A stretch of DNA of 63,107 nucleotides, filler included, from Candidatus Babelota bacterium (GTDB lineage Bacteria > JAGOBX01), in NCBI GenBank assembly GCA_017999075.1. It is 12 parts of 12 records of this genome, joined end to end, with 100 filler letters (N's around TTAATTAATTAA, not from the genome) between each part and the next. Parts side by side here need not be neighbours in the genome. Positions count along the whole stretch, not along the records: positions 18,601 to 21,830 come from JAGOBX010000477.1; positions 21,931 to 25,138 come from JAGOBX010000478.1; positions 25,239 to 28,439 come from JAGOBX010000479.1; positions 28,540 to 43,440 come from JAGOBX010000031.1; 8 more parts are not named here. The stretch is one strand, 5' to 3'. The stretch's first letter is position 1, and every line of letters begins with the position of its first letter. Of this stretch, positions 19,526 through 30,728 are shown in pieces. The position numbers were made by a program, and so were the translations under genes. The notes beneath the pieces are model-generated. The model searched no databases. It was not told the origin of the DNA and saw only the letters and a program-made list of their open reading frames with translations.

Positions 19526-20683
19526 CTATTTTTTTAAAGGTTCGTATTCAAGTTCTCCGTATTTCATTAATTCAATATTATTACCTTTAGCTTTATTTTT
19601 TAAATTATTCTGAGTTTCTGATTTCAACTGAAGATTTTTAGTTTTCATCATATCAGGTTCAGTTATTTTATTTTCAGGTTTAATTATTATATCTTTATTT
19701 TCCGTATAATTTTTCAATCCTGAATTCAATACATTTTTATCAATTAAATTTTTTTTCTGTTCAGTTCCGGTTTGAGAGTTTTTTAAATTTGTTGGTAAAA
19801 AAGTCGGATCATTTAATTCGCTATTCGGGATATTTTTATTAGTATTCGCGCTTTCCGAATAACTTTCAGCCGATTTAATGTTTTCTTTTTTTGATTTTTT
19901 TTCTGAAATTTCTTTATTACTCTTAGTATTTTTTTTTGACGCAACATTATTTTTCTTAAATGTTTCATTTTTTTTTATGGATTCAGTAGAGTCAAAAGGC
20001 ATATTTTGGCGGCGGACATTCTTTTCAGTAACAGTTTTCCCTGAACTTTGTTTTTTTTGTTCAGAATCACTGTTTAAATGTTCACTTTCTTTTATTTTAT
20101 CAACTTTAAATTTTTTTTCTTCTTTAAAATATTTTTTTTCAACAGCAGTATTTATAATTTCTACTGGAGCTTTTATCGTTTCTCTCTCATTTAATAAATT
20201 AATATATTGAGAATCTTCAATAACAGACTCGTTTTTAACCAAAGAATTCTCGCTTATAATAATTTTTTCAAAACCTGCGGCATCATATCCAAGGCTATTT
20301 AATAATTGATATTGATTCCCGATTTTTTTATCAAGTGGTAAAGAATTATATTTTTGAGATATCTTATATTCATTTTTGGTGGAGGGGGCATTCATTAATA
20401 ACTTACTGTGTGAATTTTCAATTATAGTTTCTCTTGAAGAATTAACTATTTCCGTATTTGTTTTTTTGATTTTGATTTCATCAAAAGAAATTATTTTTAA
20501 TGCATTTTTGTTATCTTCTTCATCATTTGTAATGCTGTTTATATACAATATTACTATGGCAAATATCCACAAAAATAATACAAAACAATATAAAAAAATC
20601 GCAATTTTTTTATATTTAGGTTCCGGAGAACTAAGTCCGGGCAATCTGCTTAAAAATTCTTTTATTTTTTTTATTTTCTCCAT
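19526..20683 (-). CDS. Hypothetical membrane-anchored protein with a long K/N/S/E-rich region
   Basis: One hydrophobic helix (IAIFLYCFVLFLWIFAIVILYI) followed by low-complexity polar sequence. Confidence 0.7.
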   Translation of the reverse strand: MEKIKKIKEFLSRLPGLSSPEPKYKKIAIFLYCFVLFLWIFAIVILYINSITNDEEDNKNALKIISFDEIKIKKTNTEIVNSSRETIIENSHSKLLMNAPSTKNEYKISQKYNSLPLDKKIGNQYQLLNSLGYDAAGFEKIIISENSLVKNESVIEDSQYINLLNERETIKAPVEIINTAVEKKYFKEEKKFKVDKIKESEHLNSDSEQKKQSSGKTVTEKNVRRQNMPFDSTESIKKNETFKKNNVASKKNTKSNKEISEKKSKKENIKSAESYSESANTNKNIPNSELNDPTFLPTNLKNSQTGTEQKKNLIDKNVLNSGLKNYTENKDIIIKPENKITEPDMMKTKNLQLKSETQNNLKNKAKGNNIELMKYGELEYEPLKK

Positions 20684-20689
20684 AAATAA

Positions 20690-21830
20690 TCAACCCGCTA
20701 ATTCTTCAATTTTTTTATTGTCTGTAATTTTAACAGACAATACTTTAGATATTCCTTTTTCTTCCATTGTTATACCGTATAACACATCGCAAGTTGCCAT
20801 AGTTTTTTTATGATGTGTTATAATTACAAACTGACTATTCTGAGAAAAATCTTTTAACAGTTTCAAAAACCGGGAAATATTCGCATCGTCTAAAGGAGCA
20901 TCAATTTCATCAAGAATACAAAAAGGACTAGGTTTCACTTTAAACAAAGCAAATAATAATCCGATTGCAGCCATGGCTTTTTCCCCGCCTGATAACAGCA
21001 TTATGTTTTGAATTTTTTTACCCGGAGGTCTTACATTTATTTCTATTCCTGATTCAAGAACATCAGACTCATCTATCAAACTCAGCTCAGCTTCTCCGCC
21101 TTCAAACAATTGTTTTATAATAACTTTAAAATTCTCATTTACTTTATAAAATGTCTCTATAAATTTTTCTTTTGCACGTGAATTTATTTTGTTTATAACA
21201 TTCATTAAATCCTGTTCAGCTATTTCAAGATCTTTTTTTTGGGTATTCAAAAAATCAAATCGCTCCGATACTTCTTTAAATTCATCTATTGCGTTAATAT
21301 TTACCGGACCTATAGATTTAATTCTCTGTTCTATTCCCCGAACCTCTTCTTTAAGTTCTTCGATATTTTTTTTAGAAAAATCATTTTTAATTTCTTCAGA
21401 AATTTTTTCAATCCACTTTTTTTGAATAAAATCTTCCTGTGTTAATGAATACCTTGAACAAACATTTTCAAAAATGCTTGCTATCCTTGTTTCTCGCTGA
21501 CTTAAAGAAATTTCAAGTTCATGAATTTTATTTTGAAAATCATTTAATACTTTATAATATTCTTTGTTATTGTTTTCAATGTTTGATATAATACTTCCTT
21601 CCTTTTCGCGGTTTTCCTGAGTAATTTTTTTGTTTTCAACAAGCAAATCATGTTCTTTCATTTGTTCTTTCATTTCAATATTTACCAGTTCAATATCCTT
21701 TCTGATTTTTTCAATATTCTGCAAACATAATTCGCAATTATTTTTATTTTCAACAAGTCTAACCGAATATTCTTCTCCCAGTGTTTTTTGATTCAATAAA
21801 GTTTGTTTGATATTTTCACTTTTCTGATTC
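20690..21830 (-). CDS. smc: Chromosome segregation protein SMC, C-terminal part (5' truncated)
   Basis: Coiled coil, then IGPVNINAIDEF, LLSGGEK signature, PSPFCILDEIDAPLD Walker B/D-loop, QFVIITH. Confidence 0.95.
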
Positions 21831-21930
21831 NNNNNNNNNNNNNNNNNNNNNNNNNNNNNNNNNNNNNNNNNNNNTTAATTAATTAANNNNNNNNNNNNNN
21901 NNNNNNNNNNNNNNNNNNNNNNNNNNNNNN

Positions 21931-22726
21931 CAGCTATTAAACGTGAATCAAGACCTCCGCTCAGCATTATTAAAGGTTTATTCCCTTTTTGAAATCTGTT
22001 GTGTATAGCTTTTTCCATTAAATTATCACATTTTTCGATATAGTAATCTTCGTTTTCTTCCTTTTCAGATGTTGTCAGCAAAAAATCCCAATATGTCTGA
22101 AAACCGGTTTTCTCTGCTGAAATTTCTATAATTTCAGCTGGACGAATAACTTTAACCTGTTCCAAAAATGTCCGGTTTTCCAAAGGATACTCAAAAGATA
22201 AAAATTCTCCCATTCCTATGGAATCCATATTTTTTTTTACAAAAGGACATTTTAAAATAGATTTGATTTCAGGAGCAAAAACAAAATAATCTGAAGTATC
22301 TGCATAATAAATAAACCTGGTGGCAAACCTGTCTGTCATTATAATATACTTTTTTTTATCATTATCTGCGACAACAATAAGAAACTCTCCTTTTATATGT
22401 TTACATATATCTGTCCCAAAATTTTTATATAAAACAAACAATGATTTCATTTCATCTTTAGCATCATATTCTGTTACAGAATTCTTAATTGCATTCATGT
22501 CATATTCATAAATTTTTCCCTGAACAAAAAAATGAATATTTTCGAATTTTCTGTAATTCACAGTCTTATATTTTTCTATATCAATATACCCTATTGCTCC
22601 ATTCTTAAAAAAAATTTGTTCTCCATAAAAATTTTTCTGATGGAACAAACAGTTCTGCATATTATTAAACAAATATTTGTCTACAGGGTTATCTTTTTTA
22701 TTAATAATTCCTAATATTCCGGGCAT
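21931..22726 (-). CDS. Asparagine synthase-like protein (3' truncated), lacking the N-terminal nucleophile Cys
   Basis: MPGILG start, TDRF, FAPEIK, MLSGGLDSR PP-loop. Confidence 0.8.
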
Positions 22727-22758
22727 TTAATATTCTCCTGTTTATAAAATTATGCAAA

Positions 22759-23514
22759 TCAATCGGCAAATCTGAATCTGATAAAAGTCCATATTGCTTT
22801 TAATCCGTCCAAAGCTTTTATTTTTTTCCCTTCTTCTACTGATCTGGGATTATATGAAATCGGGGTTTCAATAATTTTAACTTTATTCTTAATCAGCTTG
22901 GCTGTAAGTTCATGATCAGTTTCAAATCCTTTTGTTTTAACGTCAAACTTCTTTATTATTTGAGAGGGATATATTTTATACGCTGTCAAAGTATCAGTAA
23001 TCCATCTGCCGTATAATATGAACGCAAGCCACGTTAGAATATTATTCATAATAAACGGACCAAAACCCTGGCCCGGATGCATACCTGTTATATGCCCTAA
23101 TCTTTTTTGTCCTAAAATTCTACTTCCATAAATCGAAATCAACTCATAATTTACGAGTTCTGATTTTAATTGTTCAAGCATTGGAATATAATCTCCAGGA
23201 TCGTATTCCAGATCCGCATCCTGCACAAGTATGTAGTCTCCTGTTGATTCTTTTATTCCTGTCTGTACAGCAGCGCCTTTTCCCTTGTTTGTTTGATGTC
23301 TTATACACTTAATTCCGGGAAACTCATTAGCTTTTTCAAATGTTTTATCTTTTGAACAATCATCAACGATTATAATTTCTTTTTTAAACCCAATTGATTC
23401 AGTATCAATTTCCCTGATTATTTCAATAAGTTTTCCAATAAATTTTTCTTCATTATATGCCGGAACTATTATAGAAATTTTATTTTTTAAATCCATATTT
23501 TTCTCCAGAATCAA
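22759..23514 (-). CDS. Glycosyltransferase family 2, DPM1-like polyprenol-phosphate glycosyltransferase
   Basis: IIVPAYNEE, VDDCSKD, NKGKGAA, QDADLEYDP, PRSVEEGKKI. Confidence 0.9.
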   Translation of the reverse strand: MILEKNMDLKNKISIIVPAYNEEKFIGKLIEIIREIDTESIGFKKEIIIVDDCSKDKTFEKANEFPGIKCIRHQTNKGKGAAVQTGIKESTGDYILVQDADLEYDPGDYIPMLEQLKSELVNYELISIYGSRILGQKRLGHITGMHPGQGFGPFIMNNILTWLAFILYGRWITDTLTAYKIYPSQIIKKFDVKTKGFETDHELTAKLIKNKVKIIETPISYNPRSVEEGKKIKALDGLKAIWTFIRFRFAD

Positions 23515-23518
23515 TTTT

Positions 23519-25138
23519 TTACTGAACTTCCTGAGGTAAAATCTGCTTAATCCTATTTTTATGATATTCTATTTTCTGAACATTTCCAATATGATTGTAT
23601 ATAGCCAACAAATCCTGATGTGAAAACACAAAATCAGGATTAATTTTCAAAGCATTTTCATATTCCAGTATTGCTTCATTTATCTTATTTTTCATAAGAT
23701 AAATCCTCGCAAGATTATGGTGCGGCTGAGGAAATGAATTGTCAAGTTCAATTGATTTTTTATAATGAAATTCCGCTTCGTCAAACATTTTTTCATCAGA
23801 TAAAACCATCGCAAGATTATTGTGGGCTTTTACAGAATTCGGATTGAATTTCAAAATATGCGTAAAAAAAGAATAGGCATTTTTCCAGACATAATTCTGT
23901 TTAAAAGAAATATAACTGAAACTAACAATAAACAATAAAACTATGAAGTAATTCAAATGCTTTATAAATTTATTATTGAGAAAAACTAATATTTTTTTTT
24001 TATTTTCAAAAATCCCGGAATCAGGGTTTAAAACAGAAGCCGCAAAAATCCCTGCGGTCATTGCTACGCTTACCATTGAAAAATATAACCAGTGTTCCAT
24101 TACAATATCATTTACAGGAATGATACCGCTCGTCGGCGCAAGCGCGAATAAAAACCATACAATACAAAAAAACAGCAATTTCCTTTTAAAAAATGACTTA
24201 TAACTTAATATAAGCATTATTGTAAAGACTATAACGCCGCATATAACCTGAACCTTCATAAAATCAGTAAAAACAGTTACAGATTTTTCCATATATAACG
24301 GATATGGATAAAATAATAATTTCAAATAATAAAATAAAAAAACATAAAAAAAAGTATATATTCTTACGCTTAAATTTTCAGAATAAATATTAGGTTTATC
24401 ATAAAAATCAAGCGTGTTATTGAAATTTAAAGCAGTTACTCTTAAAATAATATATATTATTAAAAAAAAAAATAAGCAGCACCATATTTGAATGCGCTGT
24501 TTGTCTAAAAAATATTGTTTCCATTTCAATTCCTGTTTTTTTAAAAAAACGATATCAAAAACAGGCAGCAAACAAAAAATCATAGCGCCGCGTTCTTTAG
24601 CAAGAATAGACAAAACCGAGCAGATAATTATCAAAAATAAATAACGGAACTTGTTTGATTCATAATACTTTATACAATAATACAGACTGCATAAAATAAA
24701 TAATAACGACAGCGGATCCGCCAACCCGCAGGCAACTGCAATTGCTTCAGTCTGAACAGGATGAACAAGAAATACCATACTTCCTATTAACGCAGCCAAT
24801 CTTCCCGTTTTAACATTAATCATAATTCTGAACATCACTATTGAACATAAAAAATGAGTTATTATTGAAACCAAATGATAATACAGAGGATTGGGCTGCG
24901 GCTGAAATCCGAATATCTGATTTATGCATAAATACACAACAAATGATAGCGGCCGATAAAAATTATCGTTAAATCCAATACTAGCTAAAACGCTGTTTTT
25001 AAATAAATCGGGGAGATACTTAAAATCAGTGATATATTTATTTCTTAGTATAATATGTTCATCGTCAAAAAAAAATTCTCCATTTAAAGCAGGATAATAA
25101 ATTATTAATGCAACAATAAAAAATAACACAAAAACAAA
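23519..25138 (-). CDS. TMTC-like (GT-C) membrane glycosyltransferase with C-terminal TPRs (possibly 5' truncated)
   Basis: FFFDD, FYRPL, HPVQTEA, AKE, EHWLYF, multiple TM helices and TPR motifs (AHNNLA, HHNLA). Confidence 0.8.
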   Translation of the reverse strand, partial: FVFVLFFIVALIIYYPALNGEFFFDDEHIILRNKYITDFKYLPDLFKNSVLASIGFNDNFYRPLSFVVYLCINQIFGFQPQPNPLYYHLVSIITHFLCSIVMFRIMINVKTGRLAALIGSMVFLVHPVQTEAIAVACGLADPLSLLFILCSLYYCIKYYESNKFRYLFLIIICSVLSILAKERGAMIFCLLPVFDIVFLKKQELKWKQYFLDKQRIQIWCCLFFFLIIYIILRVTALNFNNTLDFYDKPNIYSENLSVRIYTFFYVFLFYYLKLLFYPYPLYMEKSVTVFTDFMKVQVICGVIVFTIMLILSYKSFFKRKLLFFCIVWFLFALAPTSGIIPVNDIVMEHWLYFSMVSVAMTAGIFAASVLNPDSGIFENKKKILVFLNNKFIKHLNYFIVLLFIVSFSYISFKQNYVWKNAYSFFTHILKFNPNSVKAHNNLAMVLSDEKMFDEAEFHYKKSIELDNSFPQPHHNLARIYLMKNKINEAILEYENALKINPDFVFSHQDLLAIYNHIGNVQKIEYHKNRIKQILPQEVQ

Positions 25139-25238
25139 NNNNNNNNNNNNNNNNNNNNNNNNNNNNNNNNNNNNNNNNNNNNTTAATTAATTAANNNNNN
25201 NNNNNNNNNNNNNNNNNNNNNNNNNNNNNNNNNNNNNN

Positions 25239-25834
25239 AAATATTAATATCTGATGTGATAAGAATGGCAGGAGGGTTATCCCCATCAGCTTTAAAACAA
25301 TTGTCAAAAATAGTGAGATCATCAGGAAAAGAAATTTTTGTAAATTTGGAATCGCTTCAATATAATGGTAATCAAGCTGAAAATTATGTGCTTCATCCCG
25401 GCGACAGATTAGTGATACCGAGAGTTAAAACAACAAGAGTATATGTTTATGGAGAAATGGATAAAACAGGAATAGTAAGTCTTGAAGATAATGCACCGCA
25501 TATGATGAAATTATTATCTGTGGCCAGGGACAAATATTTTGCTGTATTGAGCAATGTGGTAGTAATAAGAGATAATCCTTTAAATCCAGGAAAACCAGTA
25601 ACTTTTAATATTGATTTGAAAAAATTATTGTATAGACAGGATGAATCGCAAGATATAAAATTAGAAAATAATGATGTTGTTGTGGTTCCGCAAAGCATGA
25701 TAGGTTCATTGGCTCAATTTCTTGACGAAGTATGGCCTACTGTAATAAAAGGGGCGGAAGTAATAGGCGATATGAAAGAAATTAGAAAAGGAAATTGGGA
25801 AGAAGTTGGCGGAGATGAAAATAATAATAATTAA
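25239..25834 (+). CDS. wza: Polysaccharide export protein (Wza/SLBB), C-terminal part (5' truncated)
   Basis: SLBB motifs. The first 188 bp match the reverse complement of 18601-18788 with one mismatch. Confidence 0.85.
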
Positions 25835-25870
25835 GAAATATAATTAAATTTGATTAAGAGGTCATAACAT

Positions 25871-28015
25871 ATGTCTCAATATGAAATGAATGTCCATGAT
25901 TATTTTCGAATAATCAGAAAACGTAAATGGGTTATAATATTAACAACTCTTGCAGTGTATATAGCTGCTATTGTTTACACGAAAATGCAGACTAAATTAT
26001 ATGAAAGTGTAGCATCAGTGATAATAGCTCAGCGTACTGTGGCAAATGATGTTGTATTTGGGACATCAGGAAGTATGGGTTCATATTTTGATTCAAAGAG
26101 GGCAATTGAAAATGCGAGTGAAATTATAGGCGGCAAGAGTGTTATGCTGCGTGTAATAAATCAATTGAATTTAATGGAGAAAAATGCGAATGTTCAAGAT
26201 ATAAAAACCATAATTGAAACTTTACAGAGAAGGATAACAGTTACCCCTGATCCTAACTCTGGCAGGATAAGTATAAAAATCACATCAAGTGAACCTGAAA
26301 AATCAACGAGAATAGTTAATGCAATGGCTGAAGCTTATAGAATAGAATCCGAGAAACAAGCCAGGTATTCAGAACAGGTTTTAGTAGAATATTTAAAAGA
26401 ACAGCTTGAGATTGCAAAAGAAAGATTAGATCAGGCATATGGAGATTTGTTAAATTTCAGACAGCAGTATAGCGCTGAACTTTCGTCAGGAACAGGATTG
26501 AATCCTTTGTCTGTAGAAACAATGGTTAACCAGCTTGAAGAAACCGCGAAAAAAAGAATTGAATTTGAAAGACAAATAGAACTTTTACAGCAGAAAAGAA
26601 ATGGAAAAGATATAGATATAACGAGATTAACAGCATTAATGAATGATAATGAATTAAAAACAATTCTTGTTGAACGTGATTCAGTAAAAAAAGAATTAGA
26701 AGAATTAAATCAAAAATATATGCCGCAACATCCTAAAATATTTTTAGCAAACGATAAGATGGTAAGGTTAAACGAAAAATTTGAAGTTGTACTTGATAAT
26801 AAAATAAATGTAATAATATCAACAATGGAACAAAATTTAAATGATATATATAATACAGAAAATAAATTAAAAAAAGATATAGAATTATCAAGAATCAGAA
26901 TTGCTAATTTGCCTCGTGTGGGTCTGGAAGAAAAAAAACTTGAACGGGCATATGTGGTAAGTGATGAATTGTATACGATGTTAAAGAAAAAACTTGAAGA
27001 AACCAGAATGCGTGCTGCGAGTGAAGTTGGAGATGTAAGAGAAATTCAAGAAGCGCAGGTTCCGAAAAAACCTATATATCCGAATGAACGGCAGAGCGCT
27101 CTTGCAGGATTGGTTATAGGATTAATTTTAGGTTTTGCATTTGCGTTTATAGTTGAAAGTATGGATACTTCAATAGGAACGATTGAAGATGTTGAAAAGT
27201 ATATACAAAAAACTGTACTCGGGGTAATTCCGCATATAAAAATAGATTCTGAAAAAGTAAGAAAATTACGTAAAAGAATTGAAAGCGCCGGAGAAATATT
27301 TAATGAACGTCAAGCCAGACTTGTATCAATATGCGATCCTAAATCTCCTGTAACTGAAGCTTACAGAACATTGAGAACTAATTTACAGTTTGCATTGCCG
27401 AACAAAACAGGATGCAATACTATATTATTGTCAAGCGCCACGCCTCAGGAAGGAAAGTCTACTTCGTTAACCAATCTTGCTGTTATATGGGCGCAGGCCG
27501 GTAAAAAAACTTTAATAATGAGTTGTAATTTACGACATCCGTCAGTATATAAAATTTTTGGAGCAAAGAAAAAACCGGGAATAACCGATATTCTTGCCGG
27601 AACTATAACGTGGCGTGAAGCTATACAGGATCCAGGAATTGATAATTTAAGGATATTAGCTGCTGGACCATATCCTCCTAATCCTTCAGAGATTCTTCAG
27701 TCTCAAGAATTTGATGATTTAATAAAAGAATTGAAACAGGAATTTGAAATAATTTTATTTGATTCTCCGCCTATATTACCTGTTACAGATGCTGCTATAA
27801 TTGCGTCGAAAGTTGACGCTGTTGTTTTGGTATATTTTGTTGGGAAAGCTGCAAGAGAAGCGTTAATGCGCGCTAAAATTCAGCTTGAAAATGTGAATGC
27901 AAATATAATAGGGGTTGTACTGAATGACATTAAAGCAGAAGGAAAATTAGCGTATACTTATTATTATCATTATCAATACAAATATTATGGAGTAAGAGAT
28001 GCAAGTGAAGTATAA
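25871..28015 (+). CDS. wzc: Polysaccharide chain-length determinant / BY tyrosine kinase
   Basis: Two TM helices, coiled coil, EAYRTLRTNL, PQEGKST, ILFDSPP and C-terminal Tyr cluster YTYYYHYQYKYY. Confidence 0.92.
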   Translation: MSQYEMNVHDYFRIIRKRKWVIILTTLAVYIAAIVYTKMQTKLYESVASVIIAQRTVANDVVFGTSGSMGSYFDSKRAIENASEIIGGKSVMLRVINQLNLMEKNANVQDIKTIIETLQRRITVTPDPNSGRISIKITSSEPEKSTRIVNAMAEAYRIESEKQARYSEQVLVEYLKEQLEIAKERLDQAYGDLLNFRQQYSAELSSGTGLNPLSVETMVNQLEETAKKRIEFERQIELLQQKRNGKDIDITRLTALMNDNELKTILVERDSVKKELEELNQKYMPQHPKIFLANDKMVRLNEKFEVVLDNKINVIISTMEQNLNDIYNTENKLKKDIELSRIRIANLPRVGLEEKKLERAYVVSDELYTMLKKKLEETRMRAASEVGDVREIQEAQVPKKPIYPNERQSALAGLVIGLILGFAFAFIVESMDTSIGTIEDVEKYIQKTVLGVIPHIKIDSEKVRKLRKRIESAGEIFNERQARLVSICDPKSPVTEAYRTLRTNLQFALPNKTGCNTILLSSATPQEGKSTSLTNLAVIWAQAGKKTLIMSCNLRHPSVYKIFGAKKKPGITDILAGTITWREAIQDPGIDNLRILAAGPYPPNPSEILQSQEFDDLIKELKQEFEIILFDSPPILPVTDAAIIASKVDAVVLVYFVGKAAREALMRAKIQLENVNANIIGVVLNDIKAEGKLAYTYYYHYQYKYYGVRDASEV

Positions 28016-28439
28016 AATTAACATATTTATTTTATTGTTGTGCGTATTAATTTTAATTAATGTTGGGTGTAAGAATAAAGGAGGAACTTCTGCAAGTACA
28101 GGAAAACCTGCTTCTGAATCATCAAATAATAACGCTGTTTCTCAATTAGAACAATATGATGCTCCGAATTTGCTATCTATGGGTAATTCTGCTATTGGTG
28201 AAGCTATGTCAGAGGGAATCCCTGAATATTCTTTTAATAAAGCGCTGAATTATTTTTATCAAGTTGTTACTAAATTTAGCGATTCTTATGAAGCTGTTGA
28301 AGCTCAATATAATATTGCAAAATATACAGAAAAAAAAATTAAATTGTTAAATATGAGGGAAATTGAAATACGAAAAAAACAAAATGTGGAAAAATCATTG
28401 GAATTTGAAGAGTTAAAACCTTTTTTACAATCATACATT
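27999..28439 (+). CDS. Putative lipoprotein with a TPR-like motif (3' truncated)
   Basis: Signal peptide ending INVGC. ALNYFYQVVTKFSDS..AVEAQYNIA. Confidence 0.65.
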
Positions 28440-28539
28440 NNNNNNNNNNNNNNNNNNNNNNNNNNNNNNNNNNNNNNNNNNNNTTAATTAATTAANNNNN
28501 NNNNNNNNNNNNNNNNNNNNNNNNNNNNNNNNNNNNNNN

Positions 28540-29552
28540 AATGAATACAGCTCGCGGATTTTATCCGGAATTTCATTGAGAAATTCTGAATTTAAAGAAC
28601 TGATATTTTTTATTGCTGAAATAAATTCATCCGGAATTTCTGTTTTTGCGGGAGGTATAGGATAATTTAAAGATTTTGCAATATGGACAAAAACAGGAAT
28701 ATCTGAATAAACTACAGGAATTTTATTTGACAATGCTTCAAGAAAAAGAAGACACAATCCTTCGTATCTTGAAGAAATTACAAGAATATCGATTTCTTTA
28801 AAAAAAGAATTGATATCTTCAACATATCCGTGAAAAATAACATTATGTGTTTTATGAAAAATGCTTTCATCAATAATACAGGCAGCATTAAATCCGGCTA
28901 TATGAAATTCCGCATCTCCGCCATTGCAGGAATATTTTTTTATAATTTCGAAAAAAATGTCGAATCCTTTTTTAAAAAAATCAGGCCTTCCTGCCCAACC
29001 GATTTTTAATTTTGAGTTATTTGATTTTTTTCGTTTTTCTGATTTTCCTGATTCTATTCCTGGAGACAGATAGATTGATTTTCGAAATAAAAGTTTAGTC
29101 ATTAAAAAATCTGAATAGAACAGGTTTGAATGAAAAAAAAACAGAATAGTTTTATCAATATGATAGTATATTTTTTTTTTGAATTTTAAGAATGAAGGCA
29201 TATATTCGGAATAATAATCGTCATGAATTATTGATGTTGTTTTAATTTTGAATAGCGTTAAAAACATCAGGAAGAATGCAAGAAAATTTGAATAACAGTC
29301 ATTTGAATGAATTAAATTGATATTATGTGTTTTAATTATTTTTTTTAAATTAAATAAAGTTTTGAAAAAGTTTTTTTTTTCGTTTGTTATAAAAAATTCA
29401 GAACCTGAGTTCAAAGAAGAAGGAGAAGCGATGATATACGGATATTTTTCCTCAACCAGTATTTTACTGAGTTTTTTTATAAAAATTTCCTGACCGCCGT
29501 GTCCGCCGGGATTCAGATTTAATGTAGAAATAAATAATATGTTCGGCTTCAT
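28540..29552 (-). CDS. Glycosyltransferase family 4 (3' truncated)
   Basis: GGQE, IHSN, GWAGR..KKG, SRYEGLCLLFLEAL (ExF/L-x7-E). Confidence 0.88.
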
Positions 29553-30719
29553 TCATTTCCGGATCAGACTGTCATATTTTGTTTTATAATATTCTGATTT
29601 ATTTGAATCGTTAAGAAAATTATTATAAACGCAATAAAGATTGTAGTAAGAATCAGGGTCAAGAGGATTGATGGAAATTGATTTATTGAAATTGTCTATC
29701 GCATCTCCGTATTTGCCGAGTTTTATAAAACATAATCCGATATAATTGTATATATTAAAATTCATATTATCCTGTTCAAGGGCTGACTTGAATTCTGACA
29801 GTGAAGTTTCGAATTCTCCTTTTTCATAAAATAGAATACCTGTATTGATTCTTACTTTAACATTCCAGAAATTGAATTTTATAGCTTGTTTAAAATCATC
29901 GAAAGATTCAAGATATAATTTTTGTTTTAATTTTATTACTCCTGTTTTATTGTAATAATCTGATTTCACTGAATTGTCTCTTATTTTTGAAACGTCGATT
30001 GTTTTTAAAATATTTTCAGCCGCTGCAAAATCTTTTTTGTCAATATACAAATCTGCAAGAAACATTTCTGGATTAAAGTTCTGTGTATCAGATTTGAGCG
30101 CATTTTTGAAATATTTTTCAGCATCATCAAATAAATTAAGTTTTTTATATATGATTCCGAGATTCGTGTTTGATTCTGCCATTGACTTGTTAAGGTCAGC
30201 AGATTTTTTATAATACTCTATTTCTTTTTCAATTTGATTTTTTTTTCCGTAAATATAAGCTAAATTGAAATATATGTCAGCATCGGTATTTTTTAAATCT
30301 ATAGCTTTATTTAGAAAAGTTTCGGCTTCTTCGTATTTTTCCGATTTAATAAAAATAGTAGATAAGATTTTATAAACATTCAACAGATATTCTTTCCGTT
30401 TTTCAGAATTTGAATCTTTTATATTTACAGATATTTCTAATGCTTTTAAAGCGTTTTGCCAGTCTTTTTCCTGGAAAATGTCATAACTGCTTTTTTTTAT
30501 TGCGTGTCCGTATAATGAATCTGAAAAACCTAAATAAGATTTGGCGCTGTTTCTGCTTTTTAATATTACTTTTTGGTAAGTCTTAGCTGCTTTTAAATAA
30601 TCGCCGGTTTCTTCGTATTTTTGCGCGCGTTTGAAATCCTTATAAGCGCATCCGCTCAATAAAATTGAAATTAAAAAAAATATAATAAACAACAAAATAT
30701 ATTTATTCATAACAATCAT
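29553..30719 (-). CDS. TPR-repeat lipoprotein
   Basis: LLSGC lipobox and repeated TPR units (YFNLAYIY, NLGIIY, YNYIGLCF). Confidence 0.85.
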   Translation of the reverse strand: MIVMNKYILLFIIFFLISILLSGCAYKDFKRAQKYEETGDYLKAAKTYQKVILKSRNSAKSYLGFSDSLYGHAIKKSSYDIFQEKDWQNALKALEISVNIKDSNSEKRKEYLLNVYKILSTIFIKSEKYEEAETFLNKAIDLKNTDADIYFNLAYIYGKKNQIEKEIEYYKKSADLNKSMAESNTNLGIIYKKLNLFDDAEKYFKNALKSDTQNFNPEMFLADLYIDKKDFAAAENILKTIDVSKIRDNSVKSDYYNKTGVIKLKQKLYLESFDDFKQAIKFNFWNVKVRINTGILFYEKGEFETSLSEFKSALEQDNMNFNIYNYIGLCFIKLGKYGDAIDNFNKSISINPLDPDSYYNLYCVYNNFLNDSNKSEYYKTKYDSLIRK

Positions 30720-30728
30720 ATATCCTTT

